From the sequence record NC_031934.1: 64,000 nt of DNA. One strand, 5' to 3'. Below are positions 63,494-64,000 of this stretch, piece after piece. Under the pieces are notes generated by a model. That model was not told the DNA's origin and searched no databases. It saw only the letters and a program-made list of their open reading frames with translations. Within the stretch, counting starts at the first letter, position 1; each line of letters opens with the position of its first letter. The stretch comes from Escherichia phage MX01. A program made the translations under genes and the position numbers.

Positions 63494-64000
63494 ATGGCAG
63501 TAGTTGGAGTTCCTGGCTGGATTGGAAGTTCAGCCGTAAATGAAACGGGTCAGCGCTGGATGAGTCAAGCAGCTGGTCAATTAAGATTGGGTGTTCCTTG
63601 CTGGATGAGTCAATTTGCAGGTCGCTCAAGAGAAATTATTCATACACTTGGAGCAGACCATAACTTCAATGGTCAATGGTTCCGAGACCGCTGCTTTGAA
63701 GCAGGCAGTGCACCTATAGTGTTTAATATCACAGGTGATTTGGTATCTTACGACCGTAATGTTCCATTGTTCTTTATGAATGCCGACACACCTAATGAAT
63801 ATGTCAATTTGACTATTCATGGAGGCGTGCATATGTGGGGCCGAGGCGGCCACGGCGGATGGACTCATTCAGGTGGCGACGGTAACGGTCAATGGGGTGG
63901 TGATTGTATAGTCAACCATATAGGTAATAGACTACGTATTTGGAACTATGGGGTTATCTGTGGCGGTGGCGGTGGCGGTGGTGGCATTGCGTATCGTCCT
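63494..64000 (+). CDS. 38: gp38 adhesin (T2-type receptor-recognition protein), 3'-truncated at window edge
   Basis: Hand-translated [63 protein letters not shown]... with glycine-rich motifs ([16 protein letters not shown]). Confidence 0.9.
   Translation, partial: MAVVGVPGWIGSSAVNETGQRWMSQAAGQLRLGVPCWMSQFAGRSREIIHTLGADHNFNGQWFRDRCFEAGSAPIVFNITGDLVSYDRNVPLFFMNADTPNEYVNLTIHGGVHMWGRGGHGGWTHSGGDGNGQWGGDCIVNHIGNRLRIWNYGVICGGGGGGGGIAYRP

Noticed and set aside
63955-64000. GGT/GGC microsatellite-like repeat
   Set aside because: It is in frame within gp38 and encodes the poly-glycine motif characteristic of T2-type adhesins, not a noncoding simple repeat.

Overview
The window is a contiguous segment of a T4-like (T-even, Tequatrovirus-type) myovirus genome, running from the 3' part of the large terminase gene (17) through the structural/late block 18-19-20-67-68-21-22-23-24, the hoc/inh/uvsW/uvsY island, the baseplate hub cluster 25-26-51-27-28-29-48-54, a long minus-strand early/middle region (alt paralogs, DNA ligase 30, 30.x ORFs, rIII, 31, cd, pseT, spanins, alc-like, rnlA, denA, nrdB, nrdA, td, frd, frd.x, 32, 59, 33, dsbA, rnh) and the long tail fibre genes 34-35-36-37 plus the start of a T2-type gp38 adhesin. 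Gene calls rest on my recognition of conserved T4 protein sequences and catalytic motifs in the ORF translations, on gene order, and on RBS/start-codon inspection; no database search was run. Plus-strand late genes are preceded by TATAAATA late-promoter boxes; minus-strand early genes are preceded by GTTTAC-N17/18-TACTAT-type promoters, several embedded in inverted repeats; tetraloop hairpin terminators sit at convergent gene junctions. The most notable non-canonical content is a tandem array of three divergent Alt-like ADP-ribosyltransferase genes (a single alt in T4 as I recall it), followed by repeated promoter/leader cassettes, a NADAR-like plus HAD-like pair in the 30.x cluster, and unknown ORFs at slots where T4 carries seg homing endonucleases. 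No tRNA, CRISPR array or group I intron was found (td and nrdB are uninterrupted).
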